From positions 640,001 through 704,000 of the forward strand of contig CBDFJG010000004.1 of the NCBI GenBank assembly GCA_965248445.1: 64,000 nucleotides of DNA, read 5' to 3'. The notes beneath the pieces are model-generated. The model saw only the letters and a program-made list of their open reading frames with translations. It was not told the DNA's origin and searched no databases. The position numbers and the translations under genes were made by a program. Below, piece by piece: positions 28,752-40,100 of the stretch (its first letter is position 1; each line of letters starts with the position of its first letter). This DNA is from Planctomycetota bacterium (GTDB lineage: Bacteria > Planctomycetota > JAJSAM01 > JAJVHW01).

Positions 28752-28924
28752 TGCGCACCTCCTTGAGATCGGTCCCCGCAAGGACCGGACCGGTCTGACC
28801 CGCCACTCGGGAGGCTAACCTCCCCGCGGCGGACGTCATTCCGTGACCCCTGGTGTGTCCACGGTGTCTCTCCAGGGGGAATGCGCCCGAACCCCCGCCG
28901 GTTGATCGGCGCAGGAGGCCGTAC

Positions 28925-30055
28925 GTGAATTGCACCGTTGTTCGTCCCGCGCTGTTCGCGGCCTTGCTGACGGTCGCGGCCGGCTTCCCCTCCGCGGCAG
29001 GCGGCCAGGAGAAACCGGAGCTGCCTCCCATCTCTGAGGACTCCGGCTTCGCGTGGCTAGACGGGAACGACGACGTACCGGCCGTCGTGGCGCGTGACGA
29101 CGTGAAGAAGGGGATCGCCCGCTTCAAGGGGCACCCACGCGATGTGATCCCGCCGATCGACGAGCCCGTGTTCTATCCCTCCAACGACGCGGCACAGGCG
29201 CATCTCGGTCTGCGCGACGACGACCGGCTGCTCACCATCGAGATCGACGGCGACGCACGGGCCTACGCGACACGCATCCTGGACCGGCACGAGGTCGTGA
29301 ACGACACCGTCGCCGGCAAGCACCTCGCGATCATCTGGTGACCCCTCTGCCTGTCCGGGAGCGCGGTCTCCCGGACGCTCGGAGCCGTGAGTTCCAAAGA
29401 GTCGGGGCGGCCGGCGCAGGCTGAGATCACCGTGACAATCGGTGTCAGCGGCTACCTGATCAACAGCGACGTGTTGCTCTGGGACCGGGAGACGCAGACG
29501 CTTTGGTCGCAGATCGACGCCCGGGGCATCGCCGGACCGCGCGCGGGGTACGAGCTCACGCATCTGCCGATCGCCGACACGACGTGGCAGGCGTGGAAGA
29601 CGTCACATCCCGAGGGCCGGGTGCTGCGGGGCCCAATGCCGCCGAAACGCTACGCCGGCGGCTACCGGGGCTACCACGACTCGAACGGCGTCTTGTTCCC
29701 GCTCGCGCACGAGTCCGACCGCCTCCCGAAGAAGTCGGTGGTGACGGGTCTTCGCGTAGGCGGCGACTCCGCGTGCTGGTCACACGTCGGGCTGCGTAAA
29801 CGTTCAGCGGCGCGCGAGGAGACCGCCCGCGAGACTCCGCTTCACCTGACGGAGACGATCGGCGAGACCACGGTGCGGCTGACCTACGACCCCGTGGGTG
29901 ACAGCCTGACGGCCCACACCAAGGGGGAGCGTGACGAGGACGTCGCCGTCCCAACGCTCCGCATGTACTGGTTCGCCTGGTTCGCGTTCCATCCGCGCAC
30001 GCTGGTCGACGGCAAAGCGGCAACGCCGCCGCCCGACGGCGACGCGGGCGACTAG
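28925..30055 (+). CDS. DUF3179 domain-containing selenoprotein (Sec at codon 139, UPLC motif)
   Basis: AGGAGG RBS before GTG 28925 and a signal peptide. DUF3179 motifs IPPIDEP, ARAY..RIL..HEVVND, then IIW-TGA(29339-29341)-PLCLSG, continuing in frame to GVSGYL.NSD..WDRET..LWSQ and YWFAWFAFHP. Confidence 0.88.
29342..29376 (+). promoter_or_regulatory. Putative bacterial SECIS hairpin
   Basis: An 11-nt spacer after the UGA, then a perfect 9-bp stem gtccgggag/ctcccggac (29353-29376) with loop cgcggt. Confidence 0.75.
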
Positions 30056-30687
30056 TCGAGCCGGCGTCCGACGACCCAATCCTCGTGCTGGTTCCAGCCG
30101 ATGTATGCGCTGCCGTCCGCCGCGAGCCAGCAGTCGTCCACCCACGGATCGCCCGGTGCGCCCTCCCGCGGCCACGTGAACACGAGCCCGAGCCCGCCCG
30201 GCTCCCACATCGCGCCACGATGCTCCGCGTCGATCTCGCCGTCGGCACGCAGGTAGATCTCCCCCACGACGTTCCCGTTGACCGCGTGCTCCCAACGGCC
30301 GACGACCGCCGATGGATGCGGCCGCTCCCGCCGGATCTTCACGAACAGCCACGTGTCCGGCTTGTCCGGGTGAGGCCGCACCGGCCAGTACGCGTGGGAC
30401 ACGTAGTTCTCGCGCAATCGCAACATCATGGCGAGCTGGGCCGTCGGATCGTCGTACAGGACGAACACAAAAGGCGGCCGCTGGTCGTGCTGCCCGAAGG
30501 CGCCCCAGCCCCAGGTGCCGCGTAGCGGACGCGAATCCGGGGATTCTCGCGCGACCGGTCCGGCGTTGAGCACCTGATCCGGCGACCAGCGCAACTCCAG
30601 CCACGTCGGCGGGTCGGGGGTCGACAGGGCGAGCGCGCCGACGACGGCGAGCACGACGGCGGTGAGGATCAGAAGCCAGCGGGTCAC
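30052..30687 (-). CDS. Hypothetical secreted or membrane-anchored protein
   Basis: 211-aa ORF with an N-terminal hydrophobic segment and a Trp-rich C-domain. Confidence 0.6.
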   Translation of the reverse strand: MTRWLLILTAVVLAVVGALALSTPDPPTWLELRWSPDQVLNAGPVARESPDSRPLRGTWGWGAFGQHDQRPPFVFVLYDDPTAQLAMMLRLRENYVSHAYWPVRPHPDKPDTWLFVKIRRERPHPSAVVGRWEHAVNGNVVGEIYLRADGEIDAEHRGAMWEPGGLGLVFTWPREGAPGDPWVDDCWLAADGSAYIGWNQHEDWVVGRRLD

Positions 30688-30925
30688 GCGCCCAGCCTAC
30701 GCGCGATCGAGAGAGGCACCGGATGTAACCAATCGCCCTCCCCATACGCCCTAGGGGTGGGCGGTGGGGGGCGGGTGGATGGACGGCGCGGGTGGCCGGT
30801 CGCGGGCGGGCGGTGTTGCAGGCGCGGGAGCGTCGCTCCGAGTCGCTCCTCAGCATCGGGGTTCGCGGTGCCGCGGGGGTCCGCGCATACTGACGCCGGC
30901 GACCACCCTCTCTGGAGTCCCTGTC

Positions 30926-31621
30926 ATGCACCGTCTTGCACTCACCGTCATCGCCTTCGCCGGTCTGCTTTGCGCAGCACCGCTGCTCGCCGAGGAGAAG
31001 GCGACTCACGTCACCGAACCGGAATCCAAGATCAAGCTGCCGATCGAGCTGTCCGTGCTCGAGGGCACCGCGACGCACACGCTGACCGGCGTGGCGATTC
31101 GCGAGAAGACGATCTTCAAGGTCGACGTCTACGCGCTCGGCCATTACGTCGAGTCGGCCGCGGCAAAGAAGGACCTCGCCGCGTGGAAGGGCAAGACGGC
31201 CAAGCAACTTGCGGGCGACAAGGACTTCACCAAGAAGGTCCTCGCCCCCGGGTTCGCGCGCACGCTGCGCTTGCACCTGGCACGCGACGTGGATGCCGAT
31301 GACTTCAACGACGCGTTCGAGGACTCGCTCCTGCCGCGCGTCAAGAAGCTCATCAAGAAGGGCATCAAGGGCAGCGAGAAGGACGTCGAGACGCTCAAGG
31401 GCTACTTCACACTCGACGAACTGGCAGAAGGCACCAAGCTGGACTTCACGTGGACCAAGGACGGGAAGTTCACGTCCGTCATGAACGACAAGAAGCTCGG
31501 TGTCATGACGAGTCCCGCCCTCTGTGAAGCGATGTGGGACGTCTACTTCGGCTCCGACGCAATCCAGGACGAGTTCCCTACGAAACTCGTCGAGCGCTTC
31601 CCGGGCATCATCGGCAAGTAA
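30926..31621 (+). CDS. Chalcone isomerase-like family protein
   Basis: Signal peptide, LTGVAIREKTIFKVDVYALGHY, ALCEAMWDVYFG. Confidence 0.85.
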   Translation: MHRLALTVIAFAGLLCAAPLLAEEKATHVTEPESKIKLPIELSVLEGTATHTLTGVAIREKTIFKVDVYALGHYVESAAAKKDLAAWKGKTAKQLAGDKDFTKKVLAPGFARTLRLHLARDVDADDFNDAFEDSLLPRVKKLIKKGIKGSEKDVETLKGYFTLDELAEGTKLDFTWTKDGKFTSVMNDKKLGVMTSPALCEAMWDVYFGSDAIQDEFPTKLVERFPGIIGK

Positions 31622-31638
31622 CCCGCCAGGAGACTCAC

Positions 31639-32778
31639 ATGCAACGCTGGCCCGCAGTTCTCGTCACCGCGTCTCTCATCGTCGGAGCGGCACTGCTTGT
31701 CCACACTGCTCTGGCCTTCGCCGAGCAGGGCCAGGGTCCCGTCGAGGGCGATAACGTCCGCATCGAGGACATGCGCCTCGGCGAGTACTGGTACGGCGCT
31801 GAGATCTCGCAGGAGGATCTCGTCGGCAAGGTGGTGCTCGTCGAAATGTGGGGCAGTTGAGTGGGCTGTCGGGCCATCACGCCCGAACTGGTCAGTCTGG
31901 CCAGCCGCCTCGAAGGAAAGCCGTTCCATCTGGTCGCGTCGTTCTGCCAGAAGGGCACGCGCGAAGACACCACGGCCTACATCAAGGGCAAGGGCCTCGC
32001 CGAGGACACGCCCAACATGACCGTCACCTACCAGGGCCGCCACCCGCAGGTGAAGGGCAACGGCTCGGTGCCGTACTACATCGTCTTCGATCACACGGGG
32101 AAGATGGTGCAGCACCACATGTGCGGCAACTACCACGGCGGCGACGGCCTGAAAATGATCGAGTGGGTCGACGACATGCTCGAGAAGGCGCCCGAACTCT
32201 GGCTCGGCGAGGACGCGTTCGCGACGTACGCCAAGCTCGCGGACCAGATCTCGGCGAAGAAGCACCTGGACAAGGCCGTGATCGAGCTCGAGGCGCTGCG
32301 AGGCGCAGAGAGTGCTGCACCAAGTGAGGAGAGCATGGCGGAGCTCGACCGCCTCCACGCTGCGCTCGTCCGCTACCGCGACCGCGGACTGGTGAGTGCG
32401 AACGGACTTCTCGCGTCCCGTCCGTCGGAGGCGGTCCCCGCGCTGACCACGCTGTCGGCCGAGATGGGTAACTCCGAACTCGGAGAGCCGGTGAGCGAGC
32501 GTCTCGCCGCTGTGGACGGCAGCGATGAGTTGAAGCGCGCCGTGGCTCTCGAGAAGGACTTCCTGAAGCAGAAGAAGCGAATCGAGAAAGCCAAGCCGTG
32601 CAAGACCTGTAAGCGCGCCGGTCACAAGCAGCACAACCTCGGCTGCACGGAGTGCGCGGAAAGCAACACGAAGACCCTCGCGTCGATGCGCAAGAAGCTC
32701 GACGCGCTGCTCGAGGACGCCGACGGCCTCCCGTTCAAGGCGACGCTCGAGTCCTTCCGCTCATCCCTAGGCGAATGA
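31639..32778 (+). CDS. TlpA/redoxin-like selenoprotein (Sec at codon 74, UVGC motif) with helical and Cys-rich C-terminal domains
   Basis: AGGAG RBS and a signal peptide. DLVGKVVLVEMWGS-TGA(31858-31860)-VGCRAITPEL, then VPYYIVFDHTGK (cis-Pro strand) in frame. C-terminal CKTC...CTEC. Confidence 0.85.
31861..31906 (+). promoter_or_regulatory. Putative bacterial SECIS element
   Basis: The region after the UGA can fold with ggctg (31864-68) pairing cagcc (31902-06) and an upper stem gcccgaact-GGTC-agtctggc (31881-31901). Alternative hairpins are also possible. Confidence 0.5.
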
Positions 32779-32875
32779 CGGAGGAGGGGCTCGCCAAGTG
32801 ACAAGGGCGCGGCGGGTGAGAAGCGGGCAGCCGCGGCGCGCCGCGGCCGGTTTCCCCGCCTAGGATGGGCGGGCG

Positions 32876-33847
32876 ATGAGCGGCGGACTGCTTGGCGACT
32901 CTTGGGATGGCTTGAAGGGCCTGGCCAAGAAGGTCACCGATCCCGTGACGTCGCGGTTCGCGCCGATCGGAATCGAAGCCGCCCTCGACGAGCTCGATGA
33001 CGACGGCCCCACCGCCGCGCTCCTGCGTGCGATGAGCTTCGTCGTGCCGGGCGCGTGGGAGAACCCGCGCGACCTCGACACGTTCGTGCGGGAGGCGGCA
33101 CCGGACGCGGATCCCGCAGTACATCAGCAGATCCGCGACCGCGCGCTGTCGCTCTTCGCGCCTCTCTCATCGCGGTACCGGCGAGCGCTCGCGATCTACT
33201 CGAGTGCGGATCTCGTCGACCGGGCCGGCGCCGCGTCCTCCCTCGCCATGCGCATCGGCGACCGCTTCCTCATCCTCGGCGCACTCGAGAAGCTGACGAT
33301 CCGATCCCAGTTCGTACAGGCGATCGACGCCGGAGTGAAGCTCGTGGCCGAGATCCTGGCGTTCTCCCAACTACACGGCGATGTGCCGGTCTCCCCCGAC
33401 GGTGTACGCGCGCTGTTCGAGAACATGAGCGAGCACGCGCGGGAGGACCGGCTGCGTCTTGCCACCTGGGTGGTCGTGGACGGCGTTCTCCCGATGGGGC
33501 CGAACTTCGTGCAGCACTCGATCGACGCGCTCCGCGGGGCGGGCGCAGCGGGTCTCGCGCGCAGCATCGTGTTCGGTCGGGTCGCCGAGTTCTTCCCGGG
33601 CGAAGACGCCGACGCGAAGAAGAACTACGTCGGCACCGCGCTCGATTCTGCGCGGGATTGGGTCGACGGATTCGTGGCCGAGCACAAGCTGACGAGCTTC
33701 GGCGCCGCAGACCGTGTGCGGCAGGTGATCGACGTGTCCGAGAGCGGATTCGAGGTCGTGGCAGCGGCAGCCGACGCCATCGTCAGCTACTACCGGCACA
33801 CCGGGACGCAGACCGTCGCACGCGCCGTGACGCGGGCCGCTATCTGA
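32876..33847 (+). CDS. Conserved hypothetical all-helical protein
   Basis: 323-aa ORF. FVVPGAWEN, QAIDAGVKLVAEILAF, DGVLPMGPNF, YYRHTGTQTVAR. Confidence 0.7.
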   Translation: MSGGLLGDSWDGLKGLAKKVTDPVTSRFAPIGIEAALDELDDDGPTAALLRAMSFVVPGAWENPRDLDTFVREAAPDADPAVHQQIRDRALSLFAPLSSRYRRALAIYSSADLVDRAGAASSLAMRIGDRFLILGALEKLTIRSQFVQAIDAGVKLVAEILAFSQLHGDVPVSPDGVRALFENMSEHAREDRLRLATWVVVDGVLPMGPNFVQHSIDALRGAGAAGLARSIVFGRVAEFFPGEDADAKKNYVGTALDSARDWVDGFVAEHKLTSFGAADRVRQVIDVSESGFEVVAAAADAIVSYYRHTGTQTVARAVTRAAI

Positions 33848-35030
33848 ACGCGCGGTCGGCGTAGATCAACGGCGCGAGCGCAAGGAAGCCGACGGCGGTG
33901 ACCGTCGGAAGCGCGAACCCAAGCAGATCGGCGCGGCCTGCCAGATCGACGAGCAGCGCAGCGAGCAGGGGACCGCCGAGCGCTCCCACGCCGAAGAACG
34001 CTGCGAAGCGGCCGTTCGCGACTGGCAACTGGTCGGGCGTGACGCGCTCCGCGAGCAGCTTGAGTGAAGACGGATACGCGGCGCCGAACGATGCGCCGAT
34101 CGCGAACAGCGCCGAGGCGTGCAATGCTCCACCGAGCGGACCGCGCGCAGCGAACGCCGCGAGCGCGGCTCCCGCGATCCCGAGGGCCGCGCAAACGCCG
34201 AGCACGAACGGCGCGCCCCGCCGATCGGCGAGCCAGCCCGCCGGCAGTTGGATCAGCACCTCACCGAGCACGACGAATCCGACGAGATCGACCGCCGCCG
34301 TTCGCGACAGTCCCAACCGCTGACCTTCCACGGGGAACTGGCTACCCATCGCGGTCTCCGCGAATCCGAACAGCGCACTGCCCGCGATCGCGAGCGCGAT
34401 CGGCCCCCACGGCGGAGCCTGCCCTGGCTTGCCGGAGTCATCACTGCCGATCTCATGACCGCGCAGCGCCACGAGGCCGAGCACGAGCGGCACGATCGAG
34501 AACACCGCTATGGCGGCGAACACCTGCGTGCCGAGCGCGTCATAGAGCCGCGACGACACGAACACACCGACGGCGAATCCGTCGGTCATCGAGATGCCGT
34601 AGAGCGCCATGACGCGTCCGCGCACTCCCGCGCGGACCCCCGCCAGCAGCGCGACCTCTGTCGCGACCCAGCACATCGAACCGAACACGCCGATGATGAA
34701 CCGCACCCCCGGGAGCGCGCGATACTCGTGATCGAGAGCCAGCCCCACCGCGACGAACCCGAGCGCCTGGCCGACGATGCCGATCGCCTGCACGCGCCGC
34801 ACGCCGACACGGGCGACCCACTTGCCGGCCAGTGGACTGGCGAAGATCACGGCGATGGCGAGGGCGACCGTGACCGAAGCCGTGAAGTACTCGCTGGCGC
34901 CGCGCTCCTCGAGCAGCGCCGACACCAGGGGTGACGTCGCCCCGAATGTCATGCCGACCAGCGCCATCGTGGCCAGGACGGCCGCGATCCACGCGACACC
35001 GCTCCGCTCTCCGGGGCTGGACATCAGCAA
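33840..35030 (-). CDS. MFS transporter
   Basis: About 12 hydrophobic segments. GWLADRRG motif and RGRVMALYG. Confidence 0.9.
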   Translation of the reverse strand: MLMSSPGERSGVAWIAAVLATMALVGMTFGATSPLVSALLEERGASEYFTASVTVALAIAVIFASPLAGKWVARVGVRRVQAIGIVGQALGFVAVGLALDHEYRALPGVRFIIGVFGSMCWVATEVALLAGVRAGVRGRVMALYGISMTDGFAVGVFVSSRLYDALGTQVFAAIAVFSIVPLVLGLVALRGHEIGSDDSGKPGQAPPWGPIALAIAGSALFGFAETAMGSQFPVEGQRLGLSRTAAVDLVGFVVLGEVLIQLPAGWLADRRGAPFVLGVCAALGIAGAALAAFAARGPLGGALHASALFAIGASFGAAYPSSLKLLAERVTPDQLPVANGRFAAFFGVGALGGPLLAALLVDLAGRADLLGFALPTVTAVGFLALAPLIYADRAFR

Positions 35031-35066
35031 CCCACCGTCCTGCGGACGCGCGTGGCGACCGGCTGA

Positions 35067-36821
35067 TCAGCTGCCGCAGGTCGCGGCGACGATGGCCGGC
35101 TCGACCTCGTACTGCGTGAGGAACTCCCGGCGCTGCTGCTTCATGTGAGCGACCCAGGCGCGGTACTCGTCGTTGCGACCAGTGCGCTCGTAGTACGTCG
35201 CCGGGCGCAGAACGTCTGCCGGCACCTTCTGCATGAGCTCGGCGTTCTCGGGCGCATCCACGTCGACGACCAGGTAGCCGAAGTCCGGATCCTCTATCCA
35301 CTTGATCTTGTTCGTCAGCATCGCCTCGAGCATCGCGGACGAGTGGCGGATCTTGACCTTGTGTGCCGTGCCTTCGGCGACTTCCTTTGCGGTGCCGCCG
35401 ACGAAGCCGGTGTTCATCATCCAGAGGTCGACGTCCGGCATGGTCGCGGCCAGCTCGCTGAAGCGCCGGGCCTGCAGCCCGAACGCGCGCGGGAAGAACG
35501 GTTGCGTGAACGGCGAACGGGTCTTGCCAACTTCCTTGCCCGCGGCTGACGTCTTCGTCGTCTCACCCAGCATGAAGTAACCAGCGGCCTGCTCGGGGCT
35601 GGTGAACCGGATGATGCCCGGGGTCGCGGCGTCCGCACCCTCGTCACGGTTGAGGATGCCCATCGACTTGACCTGCGGAATGTCTGTCAGGTCGGCGGCG
35701 TCCTCGACGGACGACATCGGGATGATCGAGCGGCCGTTACCAGTCCACTTCACGAAATCCCAGCCGTCTGCGAGCACTCCGTTGGTATCGACGACCTCGC
35801 CGTACTTCTTGGCGCCCGAGATGTACGCGTCCACGTTGCCCGCGGGAGCGCCCGTCGCGAGCAGCACGTCGCGTAGACGCGCCACTTCCTCGGGCGCCAT
35901 GACGTCCTTCGAGAACTCGAACTTGCCGTCGCCGTCCGTGAAGGCGTTCTCGACCCAGGCCACGCGAGACATCGTCCCGCGGTAGATCACGGGCTCGGTC
36001 TCCTCGGTCAGTCCGTAGGTCTTGGCGAAACAGCCATTCTCGGTGATCGAGAGCTCGCCGTTCGGCCAGAGCGTCACCATGTCGTCCTGGATCGGCTGCG
36101 TGACGTCGCCCTGCTTCGAGAACGTCGTCGTGGTCTTGCCCGTGCCGGACAGTCCCATGATGGTCATCGTGATGTTGTTGCCGCCGACTCGGACCGCCTT
36201 GGCGCCTGCGTGCAGCGTCAGCCCGCCATTCTGGAACGTCAACTCGTTGAGCATGCGGAGCGCGGCCTTCTTCGATTCACCGAAGTAGTCCGGGCCCATG
36301 ATGTAGGTCGTCCAGTTCTCGAGGTCGACGATGATCGCCTGTCCACCGGGAACCGCCGGCGCGTGGTTCGGTGTGTAGACAACACGGAACTGCGCGCGGA
36401 AGTCCGCCGCGTTCGGGAGCACCGACTCCACCGGAAAGCCGAGGATCGACTGCATGGCGGCGATGTTGGCGCCCTCGAGCGTGTACAGCCACTGCACCGG
36501 CACGGCGCGCGGGCCGAGTCCAAGGAATGCCTGCACCTCGATCAGCTTGCCCTGCTGCGCGATGTAGTCGCGCTGCGCGCCGATGAGCTGCTCCGCGCGC
36601 TCGCGGGGCATCACCTTCTGCGAGTACTCCTCCGCGTCGGACTCGGGTGCGACGACGTACGTGTACTTCGCCATGCGCGCCTTGTTGCGGCTGATCTTGT
36701 TGAGATTGCCCTGCGCTGTCACGAAGGTGCACGGTGTGTGCTGCAGGGCGAACTCGCGGAGCTGGTCCTGACTCAGATTGGTCAGGTACTCGACGTCGTA
36801 GGGCCGCAGGTCATCGAACAT
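35067..36821 (-). CDS. pckA: Phosphoenolpyruvate carboxykinase (ATP)
   Basis: YFGESKK, LHAGAK, P-loop GLSGTGKTT, IQDD, ENGCFAKT, TGNGR, MNTG. Confidence 0.9.
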   Translation of the reverse strand: MFDDLRPYDVEYLTNLSQDQLREFALQHTPCTFVTAQGNLNKISRNKARMAKYTYVVAPESDAEEYSQKVMPRERAEQLIGAQRDYIAQQGKLIEVQAFLGLGPRAVPVQWLYTLEGANIAAMQSILGFPVESVLPNAADFRAQFRVVYTPNHAPAVPGGQAIIVDLENWTTYIMGPDYFGESKKAALRMLNELTFQNGGLTLHAGAKAVRVGGNNITMTIMGLSGTGKTTTTFSKQGDVTQPIQDDMVTLWPNGELSITENGCFAKTYGLTEETEPVIYRGTMSRVAWVENAFTDGDGKFEFSKDVMAPEEVARLRDVLLATGAPAGNVDAYISGAKKYGEVVDTNGVLADGWDFVKWTGNGRSIIPMSSVEDAADLTDIPQVKSMGILNRDEGADAATPGIIRFTSPEQAAGYFMLGETTKTSAAGKEVGKTRSPFTQPFFPRAFGLQARRFSELAATMPDVDLWMMNTGFVGGTAKEVAEGTAHKVKIRHSSAMLEAMLTNKIKWIEDPDFGYLVVDVDAPENAELMQKVPADVLRPATYYERTGRNDEYRAWVAHMKQQRREFLTQYEVEPAIVAATCGS

Positions 36822-37183
36822 GCGTCGCTCCGATCCGGATCTAGGTGAAAGACAGCGCCTCGAAGACGGTCGGGAGGCCGTTGCTCCGGCCTCGACCGGG
36901 CTCCCCCCTATGGGCACCGGCGCCCGAAACTCGGGCGTAAAGCGGCACTCTCCCCGAATGCGCGCCCCCGTTCCAAGGCATTCCGCACGGCCGGGTTCGC
37001 CTCGGTGGGCTCGGCCACCCATGGCCGGTGCTCGCCCCGCCAGCGTCCTAGGAGAGTGGCGCCCCGGTCCGGCCGCAGCGCTCGGCGGCGCTGCCTCGAC
37101 TGGATGCTCGGAACGCGCTGCCCGGGGCCGTAGCGTCGGGGGTTCGACAGAGATGAGGCAGCGCGCTTCGCGCGCGACACGAG

Positions 37184-40100
37184 GTGGACATGCACGAGAG
37201 TGACAGCGCTTCAGGCTCGGCGTACGTTCGGCATCCGACCATCCGCGGAGACCGCATCGCGTTCTCGGCCGAGGGTGACCTGTGGGAGGCGGACGCCGGC
37301 GGCGGCGACGCGCGGCGGATGACGAGCAGCGCAGCGGTCTGCTCGTTCCCCCGCTACTCCCCCGACGGAAAGTACATCGCGTTCAGTTCGGCAGACGAAG
37401 GACCGCCCGCGGTGTGGGTCATGCCGGCAGGCGGAGGGCCCGCGCGGCGGCTCACGTTCCACGCGACCCCGGACCAAGTGGTGGGCTGGTCGCTCGATTC
37501 GGAGCACGTGGTCTTCCGCACGCTCTCCGTGGTGGGTATCCGCGCGTTCACGCTGGCGCGCGTTCCTGTCGGCGGCGGCGCCGTGGAGGGTCTGTCCTAC
37601 GGCCGCGGCACCGGTATCGCGTATCACGCCGACGGCGACCGCGTCGCGCTGCACCGCCACGGCGGAGATCCCGCGTGGTGGAAGCGTTACGCCGGCGGCC
37701 GCGCAGGGCGCCTCTGGATCGGTCGTCACTCGACGGGCGAGTTCGAACCAGTCCCCGGCGGACCGCGCACCGACGCGTGTCCGATGTGGATCGGCGACCA
37801 GTTGTGGTTCCTCTCCGATCAGGACGGGATGGGCGACATCTGGTGCGCCGATGCCGACGGTAGCCACCGGCGGCGGGTCACGTCGCACGACGCGTACTTT
37901 GCGCGCCACCCCGAGCAGGATGCCGGACGCATCGTGTACTCGATGGGCGGCCGCCTCATGCTCCTCGACACGAACGAGATCAACCCGGAGCCGCGCGAGA
38001 TCCCGGTCAGCGCACGCGGGCACTCCGTCACGTCGCGCCGCAAGTTCGTCTCGGCCGCAGACGGCGTCGAATCGCACGCTCTCTCGTTCGCGGGTTCGAC
38101 TGCCCTGTTCAGCATTCGCGGCCGCGTCGCAGCGCTTCCCTGCTGGGGTGGCGCCGCTCGCATCATCGCCGCCCCGGACGGCGTTCGATTCCGATGCGCA
38201 CGTCCACTCGGCAACACCGGCCGGTTCGCGGCGATCGCGCAGTGGGACGAGAACAGTCATGTCGTCCTCATTCCCGAGGACGGCATCGGCAACGACATGT
38301 CGCGAGCCACGGATCTCGGCCACGTCGGGCGCCGGATCCGCGCGATCGAGGTCAGCCCGGACGGAAAGCGGATCGCGGTGCTGGATCAAGGCCGTGGCGT
38401 CCATGTGATGACGCTGTCGGAGGACGGTTCGTCGGCCGAGACCGTGATGGTCGACGACGACGGCCAGTCATGGGTGCGCCGTGCCGCGTGGTCGCCGTGC
38501 GGAACCTGGCTCGCGTACGCGCGGCAGTTGACGTGGTGGTCCAGCCACCTGTTTCTCTGGAACGTCGTGACCGGCGAGCGGACACCGCTCAGCACGGGCG
38601 AATTCTCCGACGCGGCGCCGGACTGGGATCCTGCCGGGCGCTTCCTGGCGTTCCTCTCGGCCCGTGAACTCGATCCCGTGTACAGCGCCGTGCAGCACGA
38701 CTTCGAGTTCGTCGCCCCGACGCGCGCGTACGCCATCGCCTTGCGCAAAGGCGAGCGACTGCCGTTCGCGGCAGAAGCGGAGCTCCCGCCGAAGGAAGTC
38801 GAGCCCGTCACCGAGCCCCTCGCCGTCGATCTCGACGGCATACAGGATCGCGTCGCGGTGCTCCCCTTCAAGCCGGGCAACCTCACGCAGGTGCTCTGCG
38901 CGACGAGCGGTGTGGGCGTGGTGCGCTATCCGACGGTCGGCGCGCACGCGAGCGAGGACGAGCAGCACGCGGGGCCGAACGCGAAGCCGGCGAAGCTCGA
39001 GATCCTCGACCACCGCGAACGCGAGGTGCAGACGGCCGTGGACGGCATGAGCGGCGCCTCCGCGTCCGGGGACGCCAAACGCTGGATCGTCCGCGCGGGC
39101 AAGCGCTTCCGCGTGATCGACGCCGCCAAATCGAGGGAGGAGAACCCGTTCAAGAAGAAGAAAGACACGTCGACCCCGTCGTCGGGGTGGCTCGACCTCG
39201 GGCGCGTCCGCTTCCACGTGACCCCACGCGCCGAGTTCGGACAGATCCTGCGCGAGGCGTGGTCGCTGCAGCGGGATCACTTCTACGATGAGGGTCTCGT
39301 CAGCGTCGACTGGGACGCGTGCCTCGAACGCTACTCCGCCCTGCTTCCGCGCATTCGCACGCGCGAGGAGTTGATCGATCTCCTGTGGGAGATGCAGGGC
39401 GAACTCGGCACGTCGCACGCCTATGCGTTCGGAGGCGACGTTCCGGCCGAGAAGCAGTACTCGCCGGGCCTCCTGGGCTGCGACTTCGCCCAGGACGGGA
39501 CCACCGGCGCCTATCGGATCGACCGCATCTACCGCGGTGACCCTTGGCAGGAGAAGCAGCACTCCCCGCTCGCCGCGGCCGGTGTTGAAGTCTCCGAGGG
39601 CGACTGGCTCCTCGCCGTCGACGGACTCCCCGTCGGGCGCGAGACCCACCCAGGTGAACGACTCCTCGAACGGGCGGGCAGATCCGTTGTGTTGCGCCTT
39701 GCGGCGTCTGCCGACGGCGCGGACGCGCGTGACGTGACGGTCACCCCGACGCGCGACGAGACGCTCTTGCGATATCGCGCGTGGGTCGACGACAACGAGC
39801 GCCGGGTCAGCGAGGCGAGCGACGGTCGCGTCGGCTACATCCACATCCCGAACATGGGGCCGTGGGGCGCCACGGAGTTCCACCGCACGTTCCTCTGGCA
39901 GGTGATCCAGAAGCGCGCGCTGGTCGTGGACGCTCGCTACAACGGCGGCGGCAACATCTCCGCCATTCTGCTGGCGAAGCTGATGCGCCCGATCATCGGG
40001 TGGACGTTCACCCGCTACGGCGGTGCGCGGACGTACCCCTCCCACGCGCCGCTCGGCCCGATCGTCGTGCTCACGAACGAGAACGCTGGGAGCGACGGCG

